Shown here one piece after another: positions 43,346 through 52,287 of a stretch of 64,000 bases of DNA. The position numbers were made by a program, and so were the translations under genes. The notes beneath the pieces are model-generated. The model had not been told where the DNA came from and did not search any database. It was given only the letters and a program-made list of their open reading frames with translations. The number at the start of each line of letters is the position of its first letter. The first letter of the stretch is position 1. The stretch lies in assembly GCA_963704725.1 (NCBI GenBank), contig OY969934.1, forward strand, positions 2,336,001 to 2,400,000, written 5' to 3'. This DNA is from an uncultured Actinomycetes bacterium. Its GTDB lineage: Bacteria; Actinomycetota; UBA4738; HRBIN12.

Positions 43346-44816
43346 TCGAGCCTTTGTGTGAACCGAGGAGCGACTCCAACGGCTCCGCGTACGTGGAGTC
43401 CGCGACCACGCCGTCTCGAACACGGATCGTCTGGAAGAATGCTCGGTTCCACATCCTGCGGACGTCGGGCTTGGCTTTCCGATAGCTGGCCGCGCAGTCC
43501 TCTGCCAGATCGAGCGCGAGGTCGATGATCTGCTTCGCCTGCGCCAGCTTCTCTCCGTCCGTCGCAAGCTGTGACTCGGCGTCGGCCACCTCGGCGTTGA
43601 TCCGGGCCTGCTCGCGCTTGAGGGTCGCGACGTCGATCGCGTCGGCGTAATAGGCGCGCAGCAGCTTATCGCGCTCGTTGGCGAGTTGGCGCAGGCGCCG
43701 TGACAAGAACTCTGCGACCTCCGCTCGGTGCCACTCGCGCTCGGCGACCTCGACTTGGAGGACCTGCTCCAGCCGGCGCCTGAGGTCCGCAGAGACCCGG
43801 ACGCCCTCGTAGAGACCCTCGACCTCTCGTTCGAGCTCGGCGACCGGGACGTAGCGGTCCTGCGAGCACCGTGTCCGCCGCGTGTTCCGCCCGATGCAGC
43901 GGAAGTAGCCGAAGCGGCGCTTGGCGAGCGCGTAGTAGAGCTTCGAGTCGCACTCGGCGCAGACCAGCGTGCCCTTCAGGTAGTGGTCGTGCTTCCAGCC
44001 CCGGTCCCCGCCGGTTGAGTGCGCGTCAAGGACGCTCTGCACCCGATCGAAGACCTCGCGGGAGATCAGCGGCTGGTGGATGCCCTCGTGCTCGGCACCC
44101 TTCCACCGGACGACGCTGGCGTACACGGGGCTTCGGAGCATCCGATGGATCGCGCTGGTGCCAGGCGGGTTGCCAAGGCGGTTCCTGAGACCCTTCTCCG
44201 CGAGGGCCTCTGTGAGGGCCGCGACGGACAGCGAGCCGGTCGCGTACCGCTCGAATGCCCACACGACGATGGGAGCCTGCTGATCCGGCTCGAGCACGGA
44301 CTCGCCGCCGCGCCGGCCGCCGTCGCGACGGACGTTCCGGTACCCGAAGGGCGCCCGGACCGGCCAGCCCCCTTGGGCCGCCTTCTGGTCCATCCCCTTG
44401 CGGATCTCCTGGCCAAGGTTGGCCGAGTAGAACTCGGCGATCGAGGCGAGGATCCCCTCCACCAGCTTGCCGGAGGCCGAGTCCTCGAGCGTCTCGGTGA
44501 CCGAGTGCAGCTGCACACCGGCCTTGCGAAGCGCGGCCCGGACCGCCGCGTGGTCCTCCAGGTTCCGAGCCAGCCGGTCGAGCTTGTGGACTACGAGGGA
44601 GCCGATGCTCGGATCCTCGGCAAGCCGGCGAAGCATCGCCTGGAGCTGCGGCCGGTCGGCGGTGCGCGCAGACTCGCCTCGGTCGACGTACTCATCGGCG
44701 AACCCCCAGCCCTTGTCCGCGATGAACCTGCGGCAGGCCTGGGCCTGGGCAGGGATCGAGTAGCCCTCCTCGGCCTGCTCCTTGGTCGAGACCCGGAGGT
44801 AGATGACCGCCTTCAC
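43305..44816 (-). CDS. Large serine recombinase/integrase
   Basis: YLRVST catalytic Ser motif, KLDRLAR, recombinase domain, Zn ribbon CAEC...C...C, coiled coil; last 13 codons are antisense to tRNA-Glu. Confidence 0.93.
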   Translation of the reverse strand: MKAVIYLRVSTKEQAEEGYSIPAQAQACRRFIADKGWGFADEYVDRGESARTADRPQLQAMLRRLAEDPSIGSLVVHKLDRLARNLEDHAAVRAALRKAGVQLHSVTETLEDSASGKLVEGILASIAEFYSANLGQEIRKGMDQKAAQGGWPVRAPFGYRNVRRDGGRRGGESVLEPDQQAPIVVWAFERYATGSLSVAALTEALAEKGLRNRLGNPPGTSAIHRMLRSPVYASVVRWKGAEHEGIHQPLISREVFDRVQSVLDAHSTGGDRGWKHDHYLKGTLVCAECDSKLYYALAKRRFGYFRCIGRNTRRTRCSQDRYVPVAELEREVEGLYEGVRVSADLRRRLEQVLQVEVAEREWHRAEVAEFLSRRLRQLANERDKLLRAYYADAIDVATLKREQARINAEVADAESQLATDGEKLAQAKQIIDLALDLAEDCAASYRKAKPDVRRMWNRAFFQTIRVRDGVVADSTYAEPLESLLGSHKGSMVVPTGFEPVSPP

Positions 44817-45028
44817 GGCGCCTCCTCCCCCATCAGCTGCTCTGCCAGCGCGAGCAGCGCCCTAGCGAGAGGCCCGAGGTTAGCATCGACCTCTGCCGCA
44901 TCGGCTTCCGCAATGGCGTCGAGACCGTCCCGCCGCGGCTCGCGTTCCCCGTCCGCAGGGTCGTCGCCCCTCCCGCGCCGGTGGCGGAGCTCGGCATCTG
45001 TTGGCGCGTCCTCGCGCCGCGGCCTCAA
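44813..45028 (-). CDS. Small protein coupled between the relaxase and the recombinase (71 aa)
   Basis: TTG start overlaps the relaxase TGA; its TGA overlaps the recombinase GTG; GAGGAGG RBS lies in its 3' end. Confidence 0.6.
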   Translation of the reverse strand: MRPRREDAPTDAELRHRRGRGDDPADGEREPRRDGLDAIAEADAAEVDANLGPLARALLALAEQLMGEEAP

Positions 45029-46011
45029 GGGGCATGTCGGGGCGGCAGGGCGCGGAATCGAGGCGTGGCCGATGCCGGGGAGATGCGGCGTCGATGGCTG
45101 GGATCGGCGTCGGTGAAGTACCGACCCAGGCATCGGGTGGTCCGGTAGAGGTCACGGGATCGGGCCGGCAGTTCGGTCAAGGCGAGTCGCTCTCCGTCGG
45201 TCGGCACGTGCTTCCACACTGCCCCGAGCACGCCGAGCTCAGTGAGGACGTCCTCGCTCGCCACGTACAGCGGGAACGAGGTCGCGAGCGGGCCCGAGAT
45301 GTGCAGGCTCCCGGTGGCATGGCGAAGCGCGGATCCGACCTCCCCCTCGCGCACCCCCTCCGGAACGGTGATGAGGAGGTTCGGGAACCCAAGGAACTCC
45401 TGCTCCTTCGTCCACCCTGCCGCGAGCCGGAGGTAGCCCTCGAGCTTCCGAGAGAGCGCGCCGAACGCCTCGGTCCCCCGGTCGTACTCCACGTAGAACT
45501 CGCACGCGCCGCCGGGATGCAGGTACCGCCCGAACCCGTCGGGCTTGACGTCGCCGGCCCGGGTCCGGACCCAGTGCTCGGGTCGCCAGGTGTGGAGGCA
45601 GTGGCCCTCGTGGGCCCTGGAGGCCTCGGCGAGCGCGCAGAAGAACGCGTTGACCCCGAGGCGGTGGGCAAGCAGCAGGTTCGTCCGGTAGCTGTGATCG
45701 GGGACCCAGGGCAGTTCGGAGGCGCGGACGCCCTTCGCGTCGGCGACCTCGGCGAGGCCTGGCTTCGTGAGGTACCAGCAGGCGGGCGGCCTCCCCTCCC
45801 CGAAACCCCTCCCCACCGAGAAGGATGAGATGAGATCAAGATCTCTCAGTTCCTTGAGCCGGTGCTGGGCTCTCCTGAGCGATGCGAAGAAGAGGCTCTT
45901 GATCTGGTGGGTGGTGAGGACCTTGTGCTCGAGCAGGCTGAGGAAGATGGCGTGGTCTCGTTCATCGAGCGAGACCAGGCGGTGAAGGTCGTTTCGTTCT
46001 GCTCGAACCAT
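45025..46011 (-). CDS. Replication-relaxation (Replic_Relax, MOBC-like) protein
   Basis: HKVLTTHQI wHTH, AHRLGVNAFF, KPDG...YVEYDRGTE...KLEGY nuclease-like motif. Confidence 0.85.
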   Translation of the reverse strand: MVRAERNDLHRLVSLDERDHAIFLSLLEHKVLTTHQIKSLFFASLRRAQHRLKELRDLDLISSFSVGRGFGEGRPPACWYLTKPGLAEVADAKGVRASELPWVPDHSYRTNLLLAHRLGVNAFFCALAEASRAHEGHCLHTWRPEHWVRTRAGDVKPDGFGRYLHPGGACEFYVEYDRGTEAFGALSRKLEGYLRLAAGWTKEQEFLGFPNLLITVPEGVREGEVGSALRHATGSLHISGPLATSFPLYVASEDVLTELGVLGAVWKHVPTDGERLALTELPARSRDLYRTTRCLGRYFTDADPSHRRRISPASATPRFRALPPRHAP

Positions 46012-46756
46012 GTTCTGGGCACAGCTCCCCCCTCCTTCGGTGGGTGGCCTTCGGCCAAACAACCCCGTGACCTGCGGTTTCGCGATCTGACGCCCTGTGC
46101 TCTCACGCCGCCCACGCGCCGTCGGTGCTCGCAGCACCCGGCTCCCAGGGACGGTCGCGAGCTCGCGCCAGGGCGCGCGGCCGCAACTGCCGCCTCCCGA
46201 GGATGTTCAGTTCGTGCCTTCCCTCACCTCCTCTGTCCGCCGCTCAGGCATGGGTGGCAGCCTTCGGCCGGGACCTGCTCCCGCCGAGCCGTCCGCGTTC
46301 GTGCCGCCTCACCCTCGCGCTGCCTCTGCCGGGCGCTCGGTCTTCGTCCGCCTCGAGCCTCCGGTCGTGCGCCTTGCCTCCCTCATCTCCGAGCTCGCCT
46401 CCCATGAGGTGCCCGGGTTCGGGGCTGCGGCGCTCCCGTCGGTTCTTGGCCTCGAAGCCCTTGCGTCCGCCCTTGGCGATCGCGAGGGACGGCGGCGTCT
46501 TCGCATCCGGCCCGGCGGTGGCGATCCTTGCCTCCGCCGCCACGGCAACCCTGCTGGCGAACCAATCGCCGAGACGTGGCCATCTCCACCCCTACAAATG
46601 CACGGAAGGGGCCGGAACCTTGACACCGAGGAGGGGGGAGAAATTGGGGAGTTTTCGAGGAGTGCAGGTCAGGAGGGGTGGAGACCGAAGAGGGACAGCT
46701 GTCCGGGCGCAGCGTGTGCGAACCGGACAGATCTGTGACGAAACGTTCCGAAGACA

Positions 46757-47336
46757 TGTGGAACGTTCCGGACACATGCGTGACACCGCCTGAGTGAGGC
46801 CGCAGCCTCCGCCCTCGGCAGGCTCGAGCGCTTTCACCGCACGCTGAAGGAGTGGCTCGCTGACGAGGGACCGGCCGAGGACCTGGCGCACCTGCAGGAG
46901 CTGCTCGATGGCTTCCGCCACCACTACAACACCGAGCGACCGCACCAGGGCGTCGGCGACCTCACCCCGTCCGAGCGCTTCGGCGGCAAGACGCTCCCGG
47001 AGCGACCGAAGCCCGCGCCTCCGCCTCCGCCCGAGACGCTGGAGGAACCCTCCTACCCCGAGCGGGCGATCCTGCGCACGGTCTCTCCTCGCGGCACACG
47101 ATCGGCTGGCAACGTCACCAGGTCCAGGTGGGAGCGCGCTGGATAGGCGCCACCGTCCGGGTCGTTCCCGTCGGTCGGCTGATCCACGTCTACTGGGGAG
47201 AGAAGCTGATCCGGCTGCTCGCCCCGGACCCGAACGTCTACTACATCGGAATCAAGCCGAGAAAGGAGCTACCCGCCACGACCGCTGTCACGTAGGTTCC
47301 CGGTACGCGGTGTCACGCATCTCCCCGGAACAAACA
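46757..47336 (+). mobile_element. Internally deleted IS481-family remnant that retains both ends
   Basis: C-terminal transposase fragment GRLERFHRTLKEWL...HYNTERPHQGVGDLTPSERF; inverted repeats GTTCCGG-N4-ATGCGTGACACCGC at 46765-46789 and 47307-47331. Confidence 0.75.
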
Positions 47337-48016
47337 TCGGTCAGTCGCGGCGCGGCGCGGATCCGAACACGCTTCGTGTTCTGCGACAGAGGGTTTCCGA
47401 TTCCTCCCCTCGGCGCTCGGCGGCGACAGGACCTGGGGGGAGACTCGGTGGGGACTCCCCGATTCCTCGGCCCGTTCGAGCCCCGTCCTCGCGGACCCCG
47501 CCGCTTCTTGCCCCTTGCCTATTTGGGTTGGCGCCCGGCCATCGGTTCCATGTCCTGCCGAGTCCATCGGCGATCCCCTGCAGGCTTCAGCCGGCGTTGA
47601 CAAGACGGTTCGGCGGCGCCGAAGTCGCATGCGGCTGTTCCCACTGAGGTCCCGCCGAGTCCCTCGAGGCGGGGGGGCGCGGTTGCAGGCGCGGAGTTCC
47701 CACGCGCCTATCAGCGGCCAGTCGCTAGGTGCCGGGAGAGTCCGACCTCGTGGAGTTCGATGCACTGGTCCGGCTCGGTGGCTGAGGCAAGAGGGACTGC
47801 GCGGGCCCATTCCGCGGCCCTGCCAGGGGGCGCGACGAGCTTCGCGTGTTGGGCCGCTGTAGTCTAAGCGCCCCAGGGCGCCGGCCTAGGTCTTTCGGTC
47901 CATTCGGCCGTGGGGCATCCGAGTCGGGGGAGGCAACATGGTCCGGACGACCCGGGTCTCATCCAAGAGGCAGAGGGTCTGCCCCAGGTTTGGTTGACTC
48001 GCGGGGTTGACGGCTT

Positions 48017-48883
48017 TCAGGCCGCATAGGCGACCTCGTGCACGGCTTCGAACTCGATCGGGGTGAGCTTGCCGAGGGCCCGCTGACGGCGCCGGCGGTG
48101 GTAGGTGCGTTCGATCCAAGTGACGATCGCCAGGCGGAGCTCGTCTCTGGTCTGCCAGCGCCCCCGGTCCAGGACGTTCCTCTGCAGCAGGGCGAAGAAC
48201 GACTCCATGGCGGCGTTGTCGGCGCAGGTCCCGGTGCGACCCATCGACCCGATGAGGCCGTGGTTCCTCAGCAGACGCACGAACTTCCCGGAGCGGAACT
48301 GACTGCCGCGGTCCGAGTGGACCAGCGTGCCGGCAGGGCTCCGCAGGCCGATCGCGCCTCGGAGCGCGGCCACGGCCAGAGAAGCCTTCATCCGGTGGTC
48401 CATCGAGTAGCCGACGATGCGACCGGAGAAGGCGTCCTTGATCGCACAGAGGTAGAGCTTGCCCTCCGCCGTCGGGTGCTCGGTGATGTCGGTGAACCAC
48501 AGCTCGTTCGGCCTGCGGGCACCGAACGCACGGCGGACCAGGTCGTCGTGCACCGGCTCTCCGGGCCTGGGCCTTCGTCCCTTCTTGCGGGCGAGCACCG
48601 AGAAGATGCCGTGCGCGCTGCACAGACGGTGCACCCGGTTCTCGCTGGCGGTGATGCCGCGCTCGGCGACGAGCTCGTCGGTGATGAACCGGTAGCCGAA
48701 GGCCGGATCATCGGCGTGGATCTGCAGGGCGGCGTCGACCAGGTGGGCGTCGGACCAGTCCCTGGTGCTGACCGGGTTCGCCTTCCACTTGTGATAGGCC
48801 TGCGGCGAGAAGCCGAGCACCCGGCAGGTCACCGTGACGGGGATCCCGTCTGCGGCAAGCTCGCGGACCAGCGGGTACATCAT
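48017..48883 (-). CDS. IS3-family transposase OrfB (DDE)
   Basis: WFTDITE, HSDRGSQF, DNAAMESFF. Confidence 0.92.
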   Translation of the reverse strand: MMYPLVRELAADGIPVTVTCRVLGFSPQAYHKWKANPVSTRDWSDAHLVDAALQIHADDPAFGYRFITDELVAERGITASENRVHRLCSAHGIFSVLARKKGRRPRPGEPVHDDLVRRAFGARRPNELWFTDITEHPTAEGKLYLCAIKDAFSGRIVGYSMDHRMKASLAVAALRGAIGLRSPAGTLVHSDRGSQFRSGKFVRLLRNHGLIGSMGRTGTCADNAAMESFFALLQRNVLDRGRWQTRDELRLAIVTWIERTYHRRRRQRALGKLTPIEFEAVHEVAYAA

Positions 48884-49164
48884 TTTGGGTTGACGCCCTG
48901 CCCGAGGTAGACGGCGGCCCGGCGGAGCACCTCGTTCTCCTGCTCGAGCAGCCGGTTGCGCTTTCGCAGCTCGCGGATCTCCGCCTCCTCGGCGAGCGTC
49001 AGGCCCTCGCGCATGCCGTCCTCGATCTCGGCGCGCTTCACCCAGCGATGCAGACAGGACTCGGAGATCCCGAAGTCCTTCGCGATCTGGCTCATCGGAG
49101 CCTCTTTGCGCCGGGCCACGGCGACGACGTCACGGCGGAACTCAAGGGGGAACGCCTGGGGCAT
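48880..49164 (-). CDS. IS3-family transposase OrfA
   Basis: FPLEFRRDVV HTH, EIRELRKRNRLLEQENEVLRRA; ATGA overlap with orfB. Confidence 0.9.
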   Translation of the reverse strand: MPQAFPLEFRRDVVAVARRKEAPMSQIAKDFGISESCLHRWVKRAEIEDGMREGLTLAEEAEIRELRKRNRLLEQENEVLRRAAVYLGQGVNPK

Positions 49165-49576
49165 CTGCTGCCTCCTTCCGGTGAGGGTCATCCTCACACG
49201 TCAGGAGTCAACCAAAGGCTGGGCAGACCCAGATGTAATAGGTTGAGGGGGAAGGAAAGATGAGACGTGGTCTGCACCGCTTTGCGTTTGTCATTACGGC
49301 CGGGCTCGTTGTGCTGTTGACGGCGTTGCCGGCCGGAACAGCCTGGGCGTCAAGTCCAGACAATCATTGCAGCTACGCTTTTGGGATGTCTTCCCAAAAG
49401 CTCACTTGCTATGGAGTTCAGAAGGATATCACTGCTTATGGACAGGACATACAGTTGACCTTCGCGGGCCACACCGTATGGCTGGAGGGACACACTAACA
49501 ACCTGGTCGAGATTTACGATGGGCCCAAGACGCAGGCTAACGACGTGGTGAACCGCCCTGGGTTCCGTAGAGACCT

Positions 49577-50464
49577 TCAGGCTTGGATTCGCTCCTCGAT
49601 CTCCGAAGCGTAGAACACCTCCTCGAACTCCGCCGGCGGGACGTGGCCGATCTCTCCGTGCAGCCTTCGGAAGTTGAACCAGTCGATGTACTCAAGCGTG
49701 GCGATCTCGACCTGATCGGGGCTCGGCCAGGGCCCACGGCGGCGGATCAGCTCGGTCTTGTAGAGCCCGATCGCCGACTCGGCCATGGCGTTGTCGAAGG
49801 AGTCGCCCACGGAGCCGACCGAGGGGACGATGCCGTGCTCTGCCAGGCGCTCGGAGTAGGCCACCGATACGTATTGACCTCCGGCGTCGGAGTGATGAAC
49901 GAGACCCTCGACGGAGACCCCTCGACGCCACACCGCCATCTCGAGCGCCTCGGTGGCGAGTGAGGTCCGAAGGTGCGTGGCGATCGACCAGCCGACGATC
50001 ATGCGGGAGAAGACGTCCTGCACGAACGCCACGTAGCAGAACCCGGACCAGGTACGGACGTAGGTGATGTCCGCGAGCCACAGCGCGTTGGGCCGAGCTG
50101 CCGTGAAGTCCCGCTCCACGAGATCCGGCGGTCGGGCTGCCTTCTCGTCGCGACGGGTGGTGAACGTCTTCTTCCCTCGCCGGACTCCGTGCAGGCCAGC
50201 CTGGCGCATCAGGCGGGCCACCCGGTCGCGCCCGATCGCGATGCCTTCGCGGTGCAGCTGGTGCCACACCTTCCTGGCGCCGTAGACCGAGTAGTTGGCC
50301 TTGAAGACCCGTTCGATCTCCTCGTGCAGCCAGGCGTCGGTGATCGCTCTCGCCGACGGGGGACGGCTTCTGCGGGTGTAGTAGGTCGACGGCGATGCCC
50401 CCAGGGTCCGGCACAGGAGCTCGACCTCGAAACGATCCCGCCTGGTCTCGATGAAGCGGGTCAT
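49577..50464 (-). CDS. IS3-family transposase OrfB (DDE)
   Basis: YGARKVW, WLADITYV, HHSDAGGQY, DNAMAES.IGLYKTE. Confidence 0.92.
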   Translation of the reverse strand: MTRFIETRRDRFEVELLCRTLGASPSTYYTRRSRPPSARAITDAWLHEEIERVFKANYSVYGARKVWHQLHREGIAIGRDRVARLMRQAGLHGVRRGKKTFTTRRDEKAARPPDLVERDFTAARPNALWLADITYVRTWSGFCYVAFVQDVFSRMIVGWSIATHLRTSLATEALEMAVWRRGVSVEGLVHHSDAGGQYVSVAYSERLAEHGIVPSVGSVGDSFDNAMAESAIGLYKTELIRRRGPWPSPDQVEIATLEYIDWFNFRRLHGEIGHVPPAEFEEVFYASEIEERIQA

Positions 50465-50793
50465 CTCCGGGGCCGATCGAGCTCCTGGGCGAAAAACACG
50501 CTCGCCTCCTTCAGGATCTGGTTGGCGCGGCGGAGCTCGCGGTTCTCCTTCTCGAGCTCGGCGATCCGGGCACGCTCGTCGGTGCTGAGGCCTGGTCGCG
50601 TCCCGTTGTCGATCTCGGCCTGGCGGACCCAGTTGCGGAGCGTCTCCGGGCCGATGTCGAGCTTGCGGGCGATCCGCGTGACGACGCCGTGACGCTCACC
50701 GCTTTGCTGCATCGTGGTGAGGACGAGTGAGACCGCTCGGTCCCTCACCTCGGGCGGGTACCGCCTGGACGACGGGTGCTTCTGCTGGGCCAT
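50461..50793 (-). CDS. IS3-family transposase OrfA
   Basis: RRYPPEVRDRAV, ETLRNWVRQAE, ELRRANQILK...FFAQELDR; TTTTTC slippery site near the 3' end. Confidence 0.9.
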   Translation of the reverse strand: MAQQKHPSSRRYPPEVRDRAVSLVLTTMQQSGERHGVVTRIARKLDIGPETLRNWVRQAEIDNGTRPGLSTDERARIAELEKENRELRRANQILKEASVFFAQELDRPRR

Positions 50794-50909
50794 GGATCCT
50801 CCTCCGTTTCCAAGGTTCGGAGTCTCCATCAAACCCAGGGCGGTTCATGGTCTGCGACATTCCGCTCTGGGGGGGTGCGTGCAAGTACGTCTATCACTAG
50901 ACGGCGACG

Positions 50910-50944
50910 GCGAGGGGGGCAGCGTCCGACGCTGCCCCCCTCGC
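50910..50944. terminator. Strong hairpin after the secreted-protein stop (possibly bidirectional)
   Basis: GCGAGGGGGGCAGCGT-CCG-ACGCTGCCCCCCTCGC, perfect stem. Confidence 0.75.
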
Positions 50945-51052
50945 TCGATGTCCTCCCACCACTCGGGCGCATCGACCAGGTCCAGGACTCGGAGCCGGTC
51001 ATCCATCGCTCTCCCAGGTGGTCTGCGAAGCCGCTTGCGTCCTCGGCTCAGG

Positions 51053-52246
51053 TCAGACGTGACTGCTGAGGTACCAACCGCTCAGGTGCCACGCGAGAAC
51101 AGCCACGTACGCGACCACAGTCCAGACGAGCAGTCTCGGCCGGATTCTGTAGAGGATCCAGCCGAATAGAGCCACCATCACGAGCTTCAACGGCCATCCG
51201 AGCAACCGCGCGAATGGGTTCGCCTCGACGGCCTGCTCGCTCCCGAGCGCGAATCGCGTCAGAAGAACGTCTGCTACGTTCAACGCGTTCAATAGGATAA
51301 GGCAGAGGAGGGGTCCCTCAGAGAGTTCGTCCAATCGCCTCGAAAGCGGCCCCCATGCACAACCCAGGAGCGCCGCACCCGCCAAGACGGTCGAGGTCTT
51401 GACGAAGACCACCAGATTGCTCGAGGCCCATGGCCACTCGTAGGAGAAGGCGGTCTTCCCGGCCCAGAGTAGGGGGATGACGAAAAGGGCCCATCGCCAG
51501 TTCCGGCGCCAGCCGAGGAGCGCGCCAAAGATCGCGATCGGCACCAGGCCCGGGACAGCCGAAAGAGGAGTAGACGAGGGGACCACAGACATCTGGTCCG
51601 AGATCACCAGCCAGAGCACGAGCACGATGAAGACCGTGCCAACGCCAACCGCGAAACGGGATCCGGTTTGGGAATGCGCGGTCTCTGAGCCGCCCTTGCG
51701 CCGCACAATGCCCGCGGTCATCACTGCTGGAACGAGCACCAACGAGTAATCCAAGAGGACCCCTGCCGAGGGAAGCAGGACCCAGGCCCAGCTGCCGTGC
51801 GACGTTGCGGGGCCGAATGGCAGGAATCCCGCGCCCAGAGGCTGCGGCAGCGGCATGTCCACCCTAGCGAACGGCTGAGTCGCGGAGGCAATGAACCAAG
51901 CTGCTGCGGGCAACCAGAATGTTCTGAGTCGGCCTCTCGCCGCCAACACCACACCAGCCAGAACGACTGCGAGAAAGCTCGCCAGCGAGGAAGCGAGATC
52001 TGGGACCGGCGAACCCACTGCCATCGAGGCATAGCTCCGTCCAGCAGTCTTGTCGAAGTAGTGCCACTCAAGAGCGCGAAAGTGGGCAACCGCAGCGATG
52101 TGAACAACAAGGAATACCGCCATTGCTCCACCGAGCAAGAAGAGCCCGACCACCAATGCACTCCGTTGGCTCGCATGTAACGGGTCCCTTTGACCGACCC
52201 CGCTCGGGCGGACCCGCTCCCTAGGGGCGTCAACGGCTGTATCCAT
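51053..52246 (-). CDS. Multi-pass membrane protein with a C-terminal DUF5658-like domain
   Basis: Many hydrophobic segments; LNVADVLLTRFAL...EANP motif; more AT-rich codon usage than the core. Confidence 0.72.
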   Translation of the reverse strand: MDTAVDAPRERVRPSGVGQRDPLHASQRSALVVGLFLLGGAMAVFLVVHIAAVAHFRALEWHYFDKTAGRSYASMAVGSPVPDLASSLASFLAVVLAGVVLAARGRLRTFWLPAAAWFIASATQPFARVDMPLPQPLGAGFLPFGPATSHGSWAWVLLPSAGVLLDYSLVLVPAVMTAGIVRRKGGSETAHSQTGSRFAVGVGTVFIVLVLWLVISDQMSVVPSSTPLSAVPGLVPIAIFGALLGWRRNWRWALFVIPLLWAGKTAFSYEWPWASSNLVVFVKTSTVLAGAALLGCAWGPLSRRLDELSEGPLLCLILLNALNVADVLLTRFALGSEQAVEANPFARLLGWPLKLVMVALFGWILYRIRPRLLVWTVVAYVAVLAWHLSGWYLSSHV

Positions 52247-52287
52247 GCTGGTCACATCGGCATGAGAGCCTGGATGCTGAACAGGTG

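Larger units (their letters stand above)
43305..46700. mobile_element. Core of an integrative (probably mobilisable) element at tRNA-Glu; right boundary not located
   Basis: Recombinase abutting the tRNA plus a relaxase-family gene; followed by ISs, a TA pair and more AT-rich cargo. Confidence 0.7.
47975..49230 (-). mobile_element. IS3-family insertion sequence, 1256 bp
   Basis: 26-bp imperfect IRs GGGTCTGCCCCAGGTTTGGTTGACTC / GAGTCAACCAAAGGCTGGGCAGACCC; AGA direct repeat on both flanks; orfA/orfB. Confidence 0.9.
49549..50847 (-). mobile_element. IS3-family (IS6110/IS51-like) insertion sequence, 1299 bp
   Basis: IRs TGAACCGCCCTGGGTT / AACCCAGGGCGGTTCA; TGG target duplication at 49546-49548 and 50848-50850. 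Confidence 0.93.
49260..50900 (+). pseudogene. Small secreted 4-Cys protein (112 aa when reconstructed), split by an IS3-family element
   Basis: Removing 49549-50847 and one TGG copy restores one ORF ending ...ANDVVCDIPLWGGACKYVYH-stop at 50898-50900. Confidence 0.8.

Noticed and set aside
46097-46626. ORFs upstream of the relaxase (e.g. 46244-46543 -)
   Set aside because: Low complexity with several competing frames; none can be supported
47388-47418. GAGGGTTTCCGATTCCTCCCCTCGGCGC as a tRNA T-arm remnant or att site
   Set aside because: Too degenerate and does not match tRNA-Glu
47680-47725. Hammerhead-like CTGATAG-stem-GCAAC on the minus strand
   Set aside because: The core deviates from the required CUGANGA...GAAA and the flanking stems are missing
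47958-47980. SAM-I riboswitch-like start CTCATCCAAGAGGCAGAGGG
   Set aside because: The match partly uses IS terminal bases and does not continue after the IS is removed
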